NCBI GenBank assembly: GCA_024231775.1
Contig: JAAEQG010000440.1
Span: 1-45,264, forward strand
Direction of reading: 5' to 3'
DNA length: 45,264 nucleotides
DNA from: a bacterium
Lineage (GTDB): Bacteria; Planctomycetota; Phycisphaerae; UBA1845
The position numbers and the translations under genes were made by a program. The notes beneath the pieces were generated by a model. That model saw only the letters and a program-made list of their open reading frames with translations. It searched no databases and was not told the DNA's origin. Of the stretch, positions 1 through 8,787 are shown piece by piece. How positions within the stretch are numbered: position 1 is the first letter of the stretch; each line of letters starts with the position of its first letter.

Positions 1-2
1 CC

Positions 3-290
3 CGATGCCCCGACGGGGTCGATACCGACACGGTCGATGATTGGGTCAAGCTCAGCGGACCCACCGATGGAAGTGACGGTTGCGTGCCGATTACCCCGGA
101 CCTGCCCAACTCCGCAAGCTGTGGCGGTGACTATGATGGCGACGGAGACTACGACCTCGACGACTTCGCCGCGTTCCAGCAGTGCATGGACACGGCATCC
201 GCGGAGTGTTCAGCCCTGGAGCTGGACGGAGTATGCGGGATCGACTTGGGCGACTACGAGTTGTTCAACCCGCTGCTGACCGGACCCTGA
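3..290 (+). CDS. C-terminal fragment of a secreted protein, ending in a planctomycete dockerin-like/EF-hand Ca-binding module (5' end outside window)
   Basis: Frame is open from base 3: RCPDGVDTDTVDDW...TPDLPNSASCGGDYDGDGDYDLDDFAAFQQCM...GIDLGDYELFNPLLTGP*. The DxDGDGDxDLxDF motif and terminal TGP are typical of these modules; the preceding RCPDG.DT..W..TP..PN resembles the end of a lamin-tail domain. Confidence 0.7.
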   Translation, partial: RCPDGVDTDTVDDWVKLSGPTDGSDGCVPITPDLPNSASCGGDYDGDGDYDLDDFAAFQQCMDTASAECSALELDGVCGIDLGDYELFNPLLTGP

Positions 291-382
291 CCCGAGGCGC
301 CATCCGCCAAACCGGACCTCGAGACGAGAGGGCCAGCAACCCCCGTCTCACGCCGAGGGGGCGCTCTGGTGAACCTGCGTCG

Positions 383-2098
383 TCAATCCGCCGAGTCGGC
401 CAGGCTGTCCAGCTCTGCCATCAGCATGTCGACCAAAGGACTGATAGTGTCGTAGCTGAAGTCGAAGCGGATCGCCGCGGTCGAGAACAGTTCCGGAAGC
501 GGGCGACTGCCGCCCAAGGCCAGCGCGTCTTGATACGCCCGGACGGCCCCCGCCCGATCCTTCCGTGCGTTTTGCCAAACCTGCAACGCGCCCAGTTGGG
601 CGATCCCGTACTCGATGTAGTAGAAGGGCACCTGGAACAGGTGCAGTTGGCGTAGCCAGTACAGCGCCAGATCCTGTCCGTACCCGTCGAAGCTCTCCCG
701 CCCGCCAAACCGCTCACGCAGGCTCAGCCAGCAGTCTCGGCGGGCTTCCGCGGGATGCTCAGGATGGGTGTACAGCCAATGCTGAAAGGCATCGATGGTA
801 GCGATCCACGGGAGCACGGTAATAACCCCGCGGAGCTGTTTCCGCCGGGCCCTCCGCAGGTCCTCGCCGGTGTAGACCAGATCCAGGTGATCGTACGCCA
901 GCAACTCCATGGCCATCGAAGCGACCTCCGCGAACTCCAACGGAGAGCTGCGATACGCCATCAATGGATCGTGACGGGCGGCGTAGGTATGAAACGCGTG
1001 CCCGCCCTCGTGCAGCAGCGTCTCCACGTCGCGATGCAAACCGACGGCGTTCATGAAGATGAACGGATGGCGGGCCTCCTCGTACGTGGTCTGGTATCCG
1101 CCCGGGGCTTTGCCCTTGCGACTGGCCAGGTCCAGATGGCCGCCCCGACTCATCTCCTCAAACTGGGCACCCAGTTCCGGAGCTATCCGGTGAAACATCT
1201 GCGAACATAGCGCCCCCAACTCGTCAGTGGTCTCGAACGGCTTGAGCGGCGGCTGACCCTGCTCGTCCACCGCAAGATCCCAGGGGCGCAGCACCTCGAC
1301 CGCCAGGGCCTGCCGGCGCCGTCCGTGTAGCTCCCGCAGCGCCGGAACCACCGCCCGTTCCACGGAGTCGTGGAAGGCTAGACAGTCCTCCGGGGTGTAG
1401 TCGAAACGCTCTTTGGCTTTGAAGGCATACTCCCGGTAGTCCGCAGCGCCGGTGTTCCTGGCGATGCGTCCGCGCAGCGTCAGTAGCTCCTCGAACAGGG
1501 CTTCGAGCTTCGACGCGTCCTCGAGGCGCCGCCGGCTACTCGCCTCCCAAGCTCGCCGGCGCAGAGGCCGATCCGTCCGCTCCAGGTACAGGTCCATTTG
1601 CTGAAGGGTCCGTTCGTCGCCCTCGAAGCCCACCGTCTGCGCCCCGCTGATCTTCTGGTACTGCTGGCACAGCTTGGCTTCCTCGACCTGGAGCGGGACG
1701 TTCTCGTCCCGGAACAGCTCCACCTGATTGCGCATGCTCCGATCGTAGACCGCGAACCGCGCCGTGGGCAGTTCGCGCGCATGGGGGCACGACGCATACT
1801 TGATGCGCAGCGCCTGCCAGCGCGGTTCGCACCGCGGGGTGATGCTCTCGATGAACTCCAGGTAAGCCTGCTCGCGCTCGGGGTCGTCGGTCTGGCAGGT
1901 CATCCGCACGTACCGGTCCACGCCGATCTGGTCGATCGCCGCCTCCAGCTCGCTGCAATCCAGTGTCCATTGATTCAGCGCCTGTACCGTATCGAGGGTG
2001 CGCCCCTCCAATTCCTCGAAGTACGGTTCGATGACCGTCCACTCCGCCAGTACGTCCTCACGCCCGAGGTAATGACGGCTGAACGCCGCGTCCGACAT
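383..2098 (-). CDS. M3 family oligoendopeptidase (PepF/M3B-like)
   Basis: 571 aa; HEGGH zinc motif, KGKAPGGY, EFAEVAS and HLFQVPFYYIEY motifs. Confidence 0.93.
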   Translation of the reverse strand: MSDAAFSRHYLGREDVLAEWTVIEPYFEELEGRTLDTVQALNQWTLDCSELEAAIDQIGVDRYVRMTCQTDDPEREQAYLEFIESITPRCEPRWQALRIKYASCPHARELPTARFAVYDRSMRNQVELFRDENVPLQVEEAKLCQQYQKISGAQTVGFEGDERTLQQMDLYLERTDRPLRRRAWEASSRRRLEDASKLEALFEELLTLRGRIARNTGAADYREYAFKAKERFDYTPEDCLAFHDSVERAVVPALRELHGRRRQALAVEVLRPWDLAVDEQGQPPLKPFETTDELGALCSQMFHRIAPELGAQFEEMSRGGHLDLASRKGKAPGGYQTTYEEARHPFIFMNAVGLHRDVETLLHEGGHAFHTYAARHDPLMAYRSSPLEFAEVASMAMELLAYDHLDLVYTGEDLRRARRKQLRGVITVLPWIATIDAFQHWLYTHPEHPAEARRDCWLSLRERFGGRESFDGYGQDLALYWLRQLHLFQVPFYYIEYGIAQLGALQVWQNARKDRAGAVRAYQDALALGGSRPLPELFSTAAIRFDFSYDTISPLVDMLMAELDSLADSAD

Positions 2099-2175
2099 GG
2101 CACCGCACCTCCACTCGCATCGGTCCTCCAGCCCAGTGGGGTGAGTCTAACCGAAGCAGCACCGCCCGCAAGCAA

Positions 2176-3132
2176 TCAGTCCGCCGCCCGCGTACCAGCC
2201 AGCCCGGCTACCAGTGCACCGGCACTGTCCCAGGTTAGCCAGTGCTCGAACCACCAGGCCAACTGCTTCCAGCGACCGAAGCGCTTGTAGATGTTCTCGA
2301 TCTGCTGATGTGTAGGCCGGCGTCCCCGGGTGTGCGTTCGGGCAACATGGGCCACCGTCGATGAGTCGATCGAGAGGCGGTCGTGGTGCCCCATTATGCC
2401 CAGCAGGTAGTGCGCACTGGCCGGTCCTATACCCCGAATGGAGCGCAGGTGCTTGAGCAAAGCGTCGCTGGATTCGTTCCGCGCCAGTGCGTCCAGCGCG
2501 CCGTCATCGAACTCGCCGCCGCGCACCCTGGTGCAGAACTCCAGTATCGCGTCTGCGCGGTAGCCCACCCGGGCCACCTCCACCAGGTAACCACGCCCGG
2601 CGCGCAGAATCTCCCTCACCGTCGGCCATGCGTTGAGATTGCGGAAGTCCGGCGGATAGGGGCCGAGCTGCCCGATACGGTTGATCATCTTCACCGCTTG
2701 GGTCCAGGTCACGTTGGTGCTGCACAGCATCTTCACGATGTTCTCGCTCATCGACGCCGCCCGCAGGGTGCGCCCGGCGCCGAGCCGTGGAATGACCCGG
2801 AGGGCGGAGTCCCCTCGACACAGTTCGTGAAACTCGGACAAGTCCTCTTCCGCGCGTATCACGATCTTCACTCGGCGGCGCATCTCGGTGACGAGTTCGT
2901 CGTTCAGCCGCGGCGCCTCGATCAACACGCGTAAGCTCGTCCCCGTCCGACGCCGGGCTGACTGGGTCACCCCCAGGCGGCACACCTGTTCGTCAAACCG
3001 TTCGATCAGTTGAAGACATCCCCCCGCCTCGCACCAACTCAATGGGGAACACTCGTGCCAACCGGCCCCCAGGGACGTCGCCCGCAGATCGAAACAGCCT
3101 CGCACCCTCAGGGACGTTTCCACTCGCTCCAT
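2176..3132 (-). CDS. HhH-GPD superfamily DNA glycosylase (AlkA/OGG-like)
   Basis: 318 aa; L..IRGIGPASA helix-hairpin-helix followed by catalytic-type Asp (SIDS); STNVTW and VGYRA motifs. Confidence 0.8.
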   Translation of the reverse strand: MERVETSLRVRGCFDLRATSLGAGWHECSPLSWCEAGGCLQLIERFDEQVCRLGVTQSARRRTGTSLRVLIEAPRLNDELVTEMRRRVKIVIRAEEDLSEFHELCRGDSALRVIPRLGAGRTLRAASMSENIVKMLCSTNVTWTQAVKMINRIGQLGPYPPDFRNLNAWPTVREILRAGRGYLVEVARVGYRADAILEFCTRVRGGEFDDGALDALARNESSDALLKHLRSIRGIGPASAHYLLGIMGHHDRLSIDSSTVAHVARTHTRGRRPTHQQIENIYKRFGRWKQLAWWFEHWLTWDSAGALVAGLAGTRAAD

Positions 3133-3411
3133 GTCCGAACTCCGCTATTTCCGCCGGTTCGCTGATCGAGAAACGGGCTACGCCCACCGACCCGCCCCGC
3201 GCAGCCCTCTTTTTCTCTAGCCTCATAACCAGTCGGAGGTTAGCACAGTCCACCCCCTTTTTCACCCGGCTGCGCTGGCGCCGTCGCTCAAAAACTGGGG
3301 CATATTCCCGTCTGTGATTTTTTGTATCACCAGGGGCCATACAGAAACGTAACCTCATTGTCCGGCGCGAGTTGTCGCCTAAATGCAATAAGCTCCACTT
3401 TCGTTTGACCC

Positions 3412-3458
3412 AGTGCATATCTTGTGGTATTTAAGAGGGTGCCTACTAAATATCGGGG
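3412..3458 (+). promoter_or_regulatory. Tandem NrdR boxes overlapping the putative nrdJ promoter
   Basis: agtgcatatcttgtgg (3412-3427) and ctactaaatatcgggg (3443-3458) resemble the NrdR consensus acaCwAtATaTwGtgt and start 31 bp apart. TTGACC -35-like hexamer at 3405-3410. Both lie upstream of an RNR gene. Confidence 0.7.
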
Positions 3459-3648
3459 GCACTGGACCCTTGGGTCCTTTCGCGAAACGCCGGAAGGATC
3501 ATCGGACTGGCGGAGCCATTCGGGCTTTGTTCAGGTGGGTTCTTGTGTGCTTTGCTCGCCGGCGAGACGGGGGCAGTGGTTGTGGTAGGGCAACGTGGGG
3601 ATTCGACTCTAAGTGTCTCTCACCGCCGGTAGTGGCGTGGAGTCTTTG

Positions 3649-6285
3649 ATGATCGGGGCAACGAAGGATCGTTCTGGGGCGCACACGGATGGCGTAGATG
3701 TTTCAAGGGCGGGGTGGACGGAGAACAGCCTGCGGGTCCTGAAGACTCGGTACCTCAAAAAGAACGATAAGGGCGAATGCGTGGAGAGCGTCACCGACAT
3801 GCTCGAGCGCGTGGCGCGGGCCATTGCGGACATAGAGCTGCTCTACCATGACGACCCGGCGAACCGCAGCGAGTGGCAGGACCGGTTCTACTCGATGATG
3901 CTCGAACGCCGGTTCATGCCCAACAGCCCGACGCTGATGAATGCGGGCCGGGAGATGGGCCTCTTGAGCGCATGTTTCGTGCTCCCCGTGGGGGACAGCA
4001 TCAACGAGATCTTCGACGCGATCAAGCACACCGCCCTGATCCAGAAAGCCGGCGGAGGTACCGGCTTTGCCTTCGACGAACTCCGCCCCACCGGCGACTA
4101 CATCAAGAGTTCCGGAGGAACCACCAGCGGACCGATCAGCTTCTGGCGGGCGTTCTCCGAAGCCACCAACGCGATCCAGCAGGGGGCCTTCCGCCGCGGA
4201 GCCAACATGGGGATGATGTACATTCACCACCCCGACGTCCTCAAGTTCCTCCATGCCAAACAGAAACTGGATCAATTCACTAACTACAATATATCGGTCA
4301 AAGTTACTGATGCCTGGATGCAGGCCCTCCGGGACGACCCGCAGGCGCCCCACGTGGTGCGCAATCCCCGGAACGGCGACGAGTACTTTCTACCCAAAGA
4401 CCTGAACATCTCGGAGTACGACATCCGTAACCTGGTACCGGCGGCCCGGGCGGCGGAGCGTCCTGACCGCGCCCCGTTCTACTCCCGCCAGGATATCTGG
4501 GACATCATCACCAAGCATGCCTGGCAGACGGGCGAGCCCGGAGTGGTCTTCATCGACCGCATCAACCAGGACAATCCCACCCCGCAGCTCGGGCGGATCG
4601 AAGCCACCAACCCGTGCGGCGAACAGCCGCTTCTGCCCTACGAAGCCTGCAACCTCGGGAGCGTCAACCTGAGCGCCTTCGTTCGTCAACCTTCCACGGA
4701 ACAGGCGGACATGGACTGGGAGGCGCTCGGCGAAACCATCGACACCGCGGTGAGATTCCTCGATAACGTGATCGATGCGAATCGCTACCCCCTTCCGCAA
4801 ATCGAGCAGATGTGCAAGGGTAATCGCAAGATCGGCCTGGGAGTCATGGGATTCGCCGATGCCCTGTACAAGCTCGGGGTCGGGTACAACACCGCGGAAG
4901 GGCTGGCGTGGGGCGAACGCTGCATGAAGTTCCTCAGCGAGCGCTGCCACGCCTACAGCGAGGAGTTGGCTGAGCAGCGGGGATGCTTCCCCAACTGGCG
5001 AGGTAGCCTGTGGGATACGCGCGCGCATCGGCCGATGCGGAACGCCTGCTGCACCACGGTCGCCCCCACCGGTACGATCAGCATCATCGCGGGGTGTTCC
5101 TGCGGAATCGAGCCGCTCTTCGGAGTGGTGTTCTACCGTAACGTATTGCGTGGCCAGGATGAGGATCAGGGGGTGATGCTCGAAGTCAACCCGGTTTTCG
5201 AACGGACCATGCGTCAGCGAGACCTGATCAGCGAGGGTACGATGGATCGTATCGCCAGGGATGGCACCCTCGCTCAGGTTTCGGAAATCCCCGAAGCGAT
5301 GAAGCGGGTGTTTGTCTGTGCCAACGACGTGACACCCGAATGGCACGTCAAGATGCAGGCCGCCTTTCAGAGGCATTGTGACTCCTCGATCTCCAAGACG
5401 ATCAACTTCCCCAATGATGCCACCGTCGAGCAGGTCGCGGGCATCTACGAGATGTGCTACGACTCGGGGTGCAAGGGCGTCACCGTTTACCGGGACGGCT
5501 GCCGTTCCCATCAACCCATGACCCGGGCCGGCGAAACCCAAGAGGACTCCGCCGAGGTCCGCGTCGTCGAAAAAGTGAAACAAGTCATCGTCCACGTGCC
5601 TCGCGAACCACAGCCCGTGGAGGAGTTCACCAGTGGTATCCGCATGCGCCAGATGACCCCGTTCGGCAACATGCACGTCCACATCACCGTCGACCCCCAT
5701 TCCGGACGCGAGCTGGAGGTGTTTGCCCAACTCGGTAAAGGTGGCGATCTGGCCAACAGCGACCTCGAGGCGATCTGCCGTCTGGTCAGTCTGTGGCTAC
5801 GCTCGCACGGCGAGCTCCACCACGTGATCGCCCAGCTCAAGGGGATCGGGTCCAGCCTTCAGGTCAGCACGCGCGAGGGGAAGATCATGAGCCTGGGGGA
5901 CGGCTTGGCCCGGGCCTTGGCTCGCTACGCCCATGCCAAGATGCGCGTCGGAACGCGAGCACTGTTGCTGGGTGAATGCGACTGGAGCCAGGTGGATCAA
6001 GCCAAGCCCGGGTCCGCCAACGGCGGCAACGGCAAAGAGAATGGAAACGGGAACGGAAATGGCAACGGCCAGAATGCTGCCAACGAGAGCGTCGACAGCA
6101 TTAGCCAACAAAGCCGTACCGTGCGCCACGGTGGAGCTGCGGAACCGCTCGCATCCTCGACGGATGCGAGCGGTCCACGCTCTCAACTGGAGAGCTTCAA
6201 GGTTCTTTGCCCAGATTGCCAGGGTCCGGTCCGATTCAGTGAAGGCTGCGTAACCTGTGAAGCCTGTGGATATGCGCAGTGCTGA
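3649..6285 (+). CDS. nrdJ: Class II (adenosylcobalamin-dependent) ribonucleotide reductase with fused TSCPD-like domain and C-terminal zinc ribbon
   Basis: PNSPTLMNAG, SACFV, GGGTG, NPCGEQ (thiyl Cys), TVAPTGTISII, SISKTIN and KGVTVYRDG motifs; C-terminal CPDC...EGCVTCEACGYAQC. ATG 3649 follows GGAG (ORF track starts at 3613). Confidence 0.95.
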   Translation: MIGATKDRSGAHTDGVDVSRAGWTENSLRVLKTRYLKKNDKGECVESVTDMLERVARAIADIELLYHDDPANRSEWQDRFYSMMLERRFMPNSPTLMNAGREMGLLSACFVLPVGDSINEIFDAIKHTALIQKAGGGTGFAFDELRPTGDYIKSSGGTTSGPISFWRAFSEATNAIQQGAFRRGANMGMMYIHHPDVLKFLHAKQKLDQFTNYNISVKVTDAWMQALRDDPQAPHVVRNPRNGDEYFLPKDLNISEYDIRNLVPAARAAERPDRAPFYSRQDIWDIITKHAWQTGEPGVVFIDRINQDNPTPQLGRIEATNPCGEQPLLPYEACNLGSVNLSAFVRQPSTEQADMDWEALGETIDTAVRFLDNVIDANRYPLPQIEQMCKGNRKIGLGVMGFADALYKLGVGYNTAEGLAWGERCMKFLSERCHAYSEELAEQRGCFPNWRGSLWDTRAHRPMRNACCTTVAPTGTISIIAGCSCGIEPLFGVVFYRNVLRGQDEDQGVMLEVNPVFERTMRQRDLISEGTMDRIARDGTLAQVSEIPEAMKRVFVCANDVTPEWHVKMQAAFQRHCDSSISKTINFPNDATVEQVAGIYEMCYDSGCKGVTVYRDGCRSHQPMTRAGETQEDSAEVRVVEKVKQVIVHVPREPQPVEEFTSGIRMRQMTPFGNMHVHITVDPHSGRELEVFAQLGKGGDLANSDLEAICRLVSLWLRSHGELHHVIAQLKGIGSSLQVSTREGKIMSLGDGLARALARYAHAKMRVGTRALLLGECDWSQVDQAKPGSANGGNGKENGNGNGNGNGQNAANESVDSISQQSRTVRHGGAAEPLASSTDASGPRSQLESFKVLCPDCQGPVRFSEGCVTCEACGYAQC
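6016..6075 (+). repeat. Low-complexity Gly-Asn repeat in the nrdJ C-terminal linker
   Basis: Encodes ANGGNGKENGNGNGNGNGQN with varied synonymous codons. Confidence 0.8.
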
Positions 6286-6299
6286 CTGACGAATCGTTT

Positions 6300-6540
6300 T
6301 CATCAATAGGTCTGGAATCTGAACACGAGGTCCGGTAACAATGGAGTTACCGAGGTGGTAGTCGTACTGAGGTTGGGTACGATTTTCAGAACAGTAATCG
6401 GCTCCGAAAGCCGATATAGTCTGGGGCGATGATTCGGTGGGGCTGGCGGGCTCTGCAGCGTCATCGTCCACGGGGTAACGGCTTCATAGGGGGATGCGAC
6501 ACGAGGCGGCTAGCCTCATCGTCTTGGACTATTCGGCTTC
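6300..6540 (+). ncRNA. Candidate structured non-coding RNA of unknown family
   Basis: Nested helices: 6318-6323/6385-6390 encloses hairpins 6333-6339/6346-6352 and 6362-6367/6377-6382. A long stem pairs 6408-6432 with 6516-6539 and contains four G-U pairs. Inner stem 6441-6447/6509-6515. Followed by a terminator; no credible ORF. Confidence 0.45.
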
Positions 6541-6551
6541 TTTCCCCTCCG

Positions 6552-6594
6552 GAAAGCACCGTGGATGCCTTCGGGCTCGCGGTGCTTTCTTTAT
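6552..6594 (+). terminator. Intrinsic terminator-like hairpin
   Basis: gaaagcaccg (6552-6561) pairs with cggtgctttc (6580-6589); cUUCGg apical loop; T-rich tail tttcttta. Confidence 0.65.
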
Positions 6595-6789
6595 GGTATC
6601 AGCCTGATATCAGCGCCGGGGGCCAGAGGCCCGAAAGTTCCTGCCCGCAGCCATGCCGAGCCCGATCCAGCGACGACACGTCAGTGGAGGCTTGCCCCCC
6701 CCCCTTCAGGCTATTAAAGTGACAATTCAATGCGGCCCCGGCTTGCACGTGGCCGCGGTCTCCGGACTGACTCGCCGGCGGTTTGCCGC

Positions 6790-6817
6790 TTGCCGAACTA
6801 CGCAGGCCTGCTATACT
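6790..6817 (+). promoter_or_regulatory. Sigma70-type promoter of the rpsP operon
   Basis: TTGCCG-16nt-TATACT with extended -10 TG at 6809-6810, about 70 nt upstream of rpsP. Confidence 0.55.
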
Positions 6818-6887
6818 GGCTGGACTTGGGGTTTTTGCGCACAGCAGGCACCTTTCCGGAGCCTGCCATAGGATAGAGGAGAATCTG

Positions 6888-7136
6888 GTGGCCGTGAGGC
6901 TGAGACTGAAACGGTTTGGGCGTCGGCATCGCCCGTTCTACCGGTTTACCGCGATTGACCAGCGCCGAGCGCGCGATGGACGGCCGATCGAGGAGTTGGG
7001 GTACTTTGATCCCCTGGTTGCAGATCCTGAGCAGCAGGTGAAGCTGAAGCGCGAGCGTATCGAGTACTGGTTGAGCGTCGGTGCGCAGCCGTCTCGAACC
7101 GTGCGCAATCTGCTGAAGAAGAACGGTATCGGCTGA
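6888..7136 (+). CDS. rpsP: 30S ribosomal protein S16
   Basis: GTG start after GAGGAG; MAVRLRLKRFGRRHRPFYR...RDGRPIEELGYFDP...YWLSVGAQPS. Confidence 0.97.
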   Translation: MAVRLRLKRFGRRHRPFYRFTAIDQRRARDGRPIEELGYFDPLVADPEQQVKLKRERIEYWLSVGAQPSRTVRNLLKKNGIG

Positions 7137-7169
7137 TCCTCAGTTGACGCCAACCGGTTCCATGACGCG

Positions 7170-7868
7170 ATGCGCATCCATGTTTTGACGCTTTTTCCCG
7201 AGGTGTTCGCTCCTTTTGTGGAGACGAGCATCGTCGGGCGGGCGGTCGAGGCTGGCATCGTCTCATTCGGTTTCACGCAACTGCGGGAGTACACCGAAGA
7301 CAAACATCGCAGTGTCGATGACCGGCCGTTCGCCGGGGGAGCGGGCATGGTTCTAACCTGCGGACCGGTGTTCCGTGCGGTGGAGGATATCTCCGCTCGT
7401 TGCGGTCCTGGTCTGACTCGGATCCTGCTCACTCCGCAGGGTGAGCGTTTGAGTCAACCCCTGGTGTGGGAGTTGTCCCGCCAGGACGAGTTGCTGCTGA
7501 TCTGCGGACACTACGAGGGATTCGACGAGCGCATCCGAACAGGTTTGGGGGTGCGAGAGGTTTCCATCGGAGACTACGTGGTTTCGGGAGGGGAGTCCGC
7601 GGCGGTGGTGTTGATCGATGCGGTGGTCCGGTTACTGCCGGGTGCCCTGGGTGACGCCGCTTCGGTGGAGGAGGAATCACACGAAGGGGGCCTGCTGGAG
7701 TATCCGCAGTATACCCGACCGAGGGTGTTCCGCGGCATGGAGGTTCCCGAGGTGCTGATCTCCGGCGATCACGCGAAGATTGAGGCGTGGCGCCGGGCGC
7801 AAGCGATTGAACGAACGCAGGCCCGCCGCCCCGATTTGCTGGCGGATGATGGGCCGGTAGTAGAATGA
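7170..7868 (+). CDS. trmD: tRNA (guanine-N1)-methyltransferase
   Basis: [40 protein letters not shown] and [10 protein letters not shown] motifs; lies between rpsP and rplS. Confidence 0.97.
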   Translation: MRIHVLTLFPEVFAPFVETSIVGRAVEAGIVSFGFTQLREYTEDKHRSVDDRPFAGGAGMVLTCGPVFRAVEDISARCGPGLTRILLTPQGERLSQPLVWELSRQDELLLICGHYEGFDERIRTGLGVREVSIGDYVVSGGESAAVVLIDAVVRLLPGALGDAASVEEESHEGGLLEYPQYTRPRVFRGMEVPEVLISGDHAKIEAWRRAQAIERTQARRPDLLADDGPVVE

Positions 7869-7938
7869 CGGTTCCGGGACGACGTTGGGTGGGGGAGCGC
7901 CCGCCAACGCGAGTTTCTTCGGCAGTGGGAGTATCAGA

Positions 7939-8373
7939 ATGAGTCAGCAGTTGTTGCAGCTTGCCGAGAAGGCTTGCCTGAAGAAAGAGGTCCCGGAGTT
8001 TTCGGTGGGCAATACGGTTGATGTGTCCGTGAAGATCATCGAGGGCAGCAAGGAGCGCGTGCAGATCTTCAACGGGGTGGTGATTGCCCGGCGTGGGGCG
8101 GGCATGAACGAGATGTTCATTGTCCGGCGCATCGTGAATAACGAAGGGGTGGAGCGCACTTTCGTGCTGCATTCGCCGCTGGTGGTGGACGTCAAGGTCC
8201 GTCGCCGGGGCAAGGTTCGCCGGGCCAAGTTGTACTATCTGCGCGATCGGGTGGGCAAGTCCCGTCGGCTTCGTGAGCAGCGCGTCTCGTCCACCAAGAC
8301 CAAGCGCGGGGCGGAGAAAACCGTAGCCGCCCCCGAACCGCCCGCCGAGGAATTGGCTACGGCCGGCGTGTAG
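7939..8373 (+). CDS. rplS: 50S ribosomal protein L19
   Basis: F.VGNTVDV.VKIIEGSKERVQIFNG, GVERTF and GKVRRAKLYYLRD motifs; ATG 7939 after GGGAG. Confidence 0.97.
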   Translation: MSQQLLQLAEKACLKKEVPEFSVGNTVDVSVKIIEGSKERVQIFNGVVIARRGAGMNEMFIVRRIVNNEGVERTFVLHSPLVVDVKVRRRGKVRRAKLYYLRDRVGKSRRLREQRVSSTKTKRGAEKTVAAPEPPAEELATAGV

Positions 8374-8382
8374 TCTGCCATC

Positions 8383-8778
8383 ATGCTATGGGGACGCCGA
8401 TACGCGCGCCTCTCCAAGGATCAACTCGGGCGCCTGGGCGAGAAGCTCGGCGCTCGTTTTCTGCGCCGCAGGGGGCATCGCGTTCTCGCCCGCAATTACA
8501 CCTGCACCGCCGGCGAGATTGACCTGATCATGCTTGACGCTCCGACCGTCGTTTTCGTCGAGGTCAAGACCCGCCGGGCCGATGGCGCGTCCTGGCCCGA
8601 AGATGCGGTCCATACCCGCAAGCGGCGTCGGATCACCGCCGCCGCCAAGTGTTACCTAAAGCAGACCGGTGCGGAAGCCCGCCCCTGCCGTTTCGATGTG
8701 GTGGCGGTGGTGCTTGGCGAGGGACGCAAGCCCGAGATCGAGCACTTCGTTGACGCCTTCGGGCCTACGCCGCGATAA
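8383..8778 (+). CDS. yraN: YraN (UPF0102) family endonuclease-like protein
   Basis: G..GE..A..FL, GEIDLI, VFVEVKTR and RFDVVAV motifs; usual position after rplS. Confidence 0.92.
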   Translation: MLWGRRYARLSKDQLGRLGEKLGARFLRRRGHRVLARNYTCTAGEIDLIMLDAPTVVFVEVKTRRADGASWPEDAVHTRKRRRITAAAKCYLKQTGAEARPCRFDVVAVVLGEGRKPEIEHFVDAFGPTPR

Positions 8779-8787
8779 TCCTCCTTC

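Noticed and set aside
3649-6285. Intein or intron in nrdJ, and a cobalamin riboswitch in its leader
   Set aside because: The catalytic motifs are contiguous with no intein termini or LAGLIDADG motifs, and no B12-box was recognisable upstream.
6286-6410. CTGACGA ... CGAAA suggesting a hammerhead ribozyme core
   Set aside because: Stem II cannot be closed between the two core segments, and no compatible stems I and III were found.
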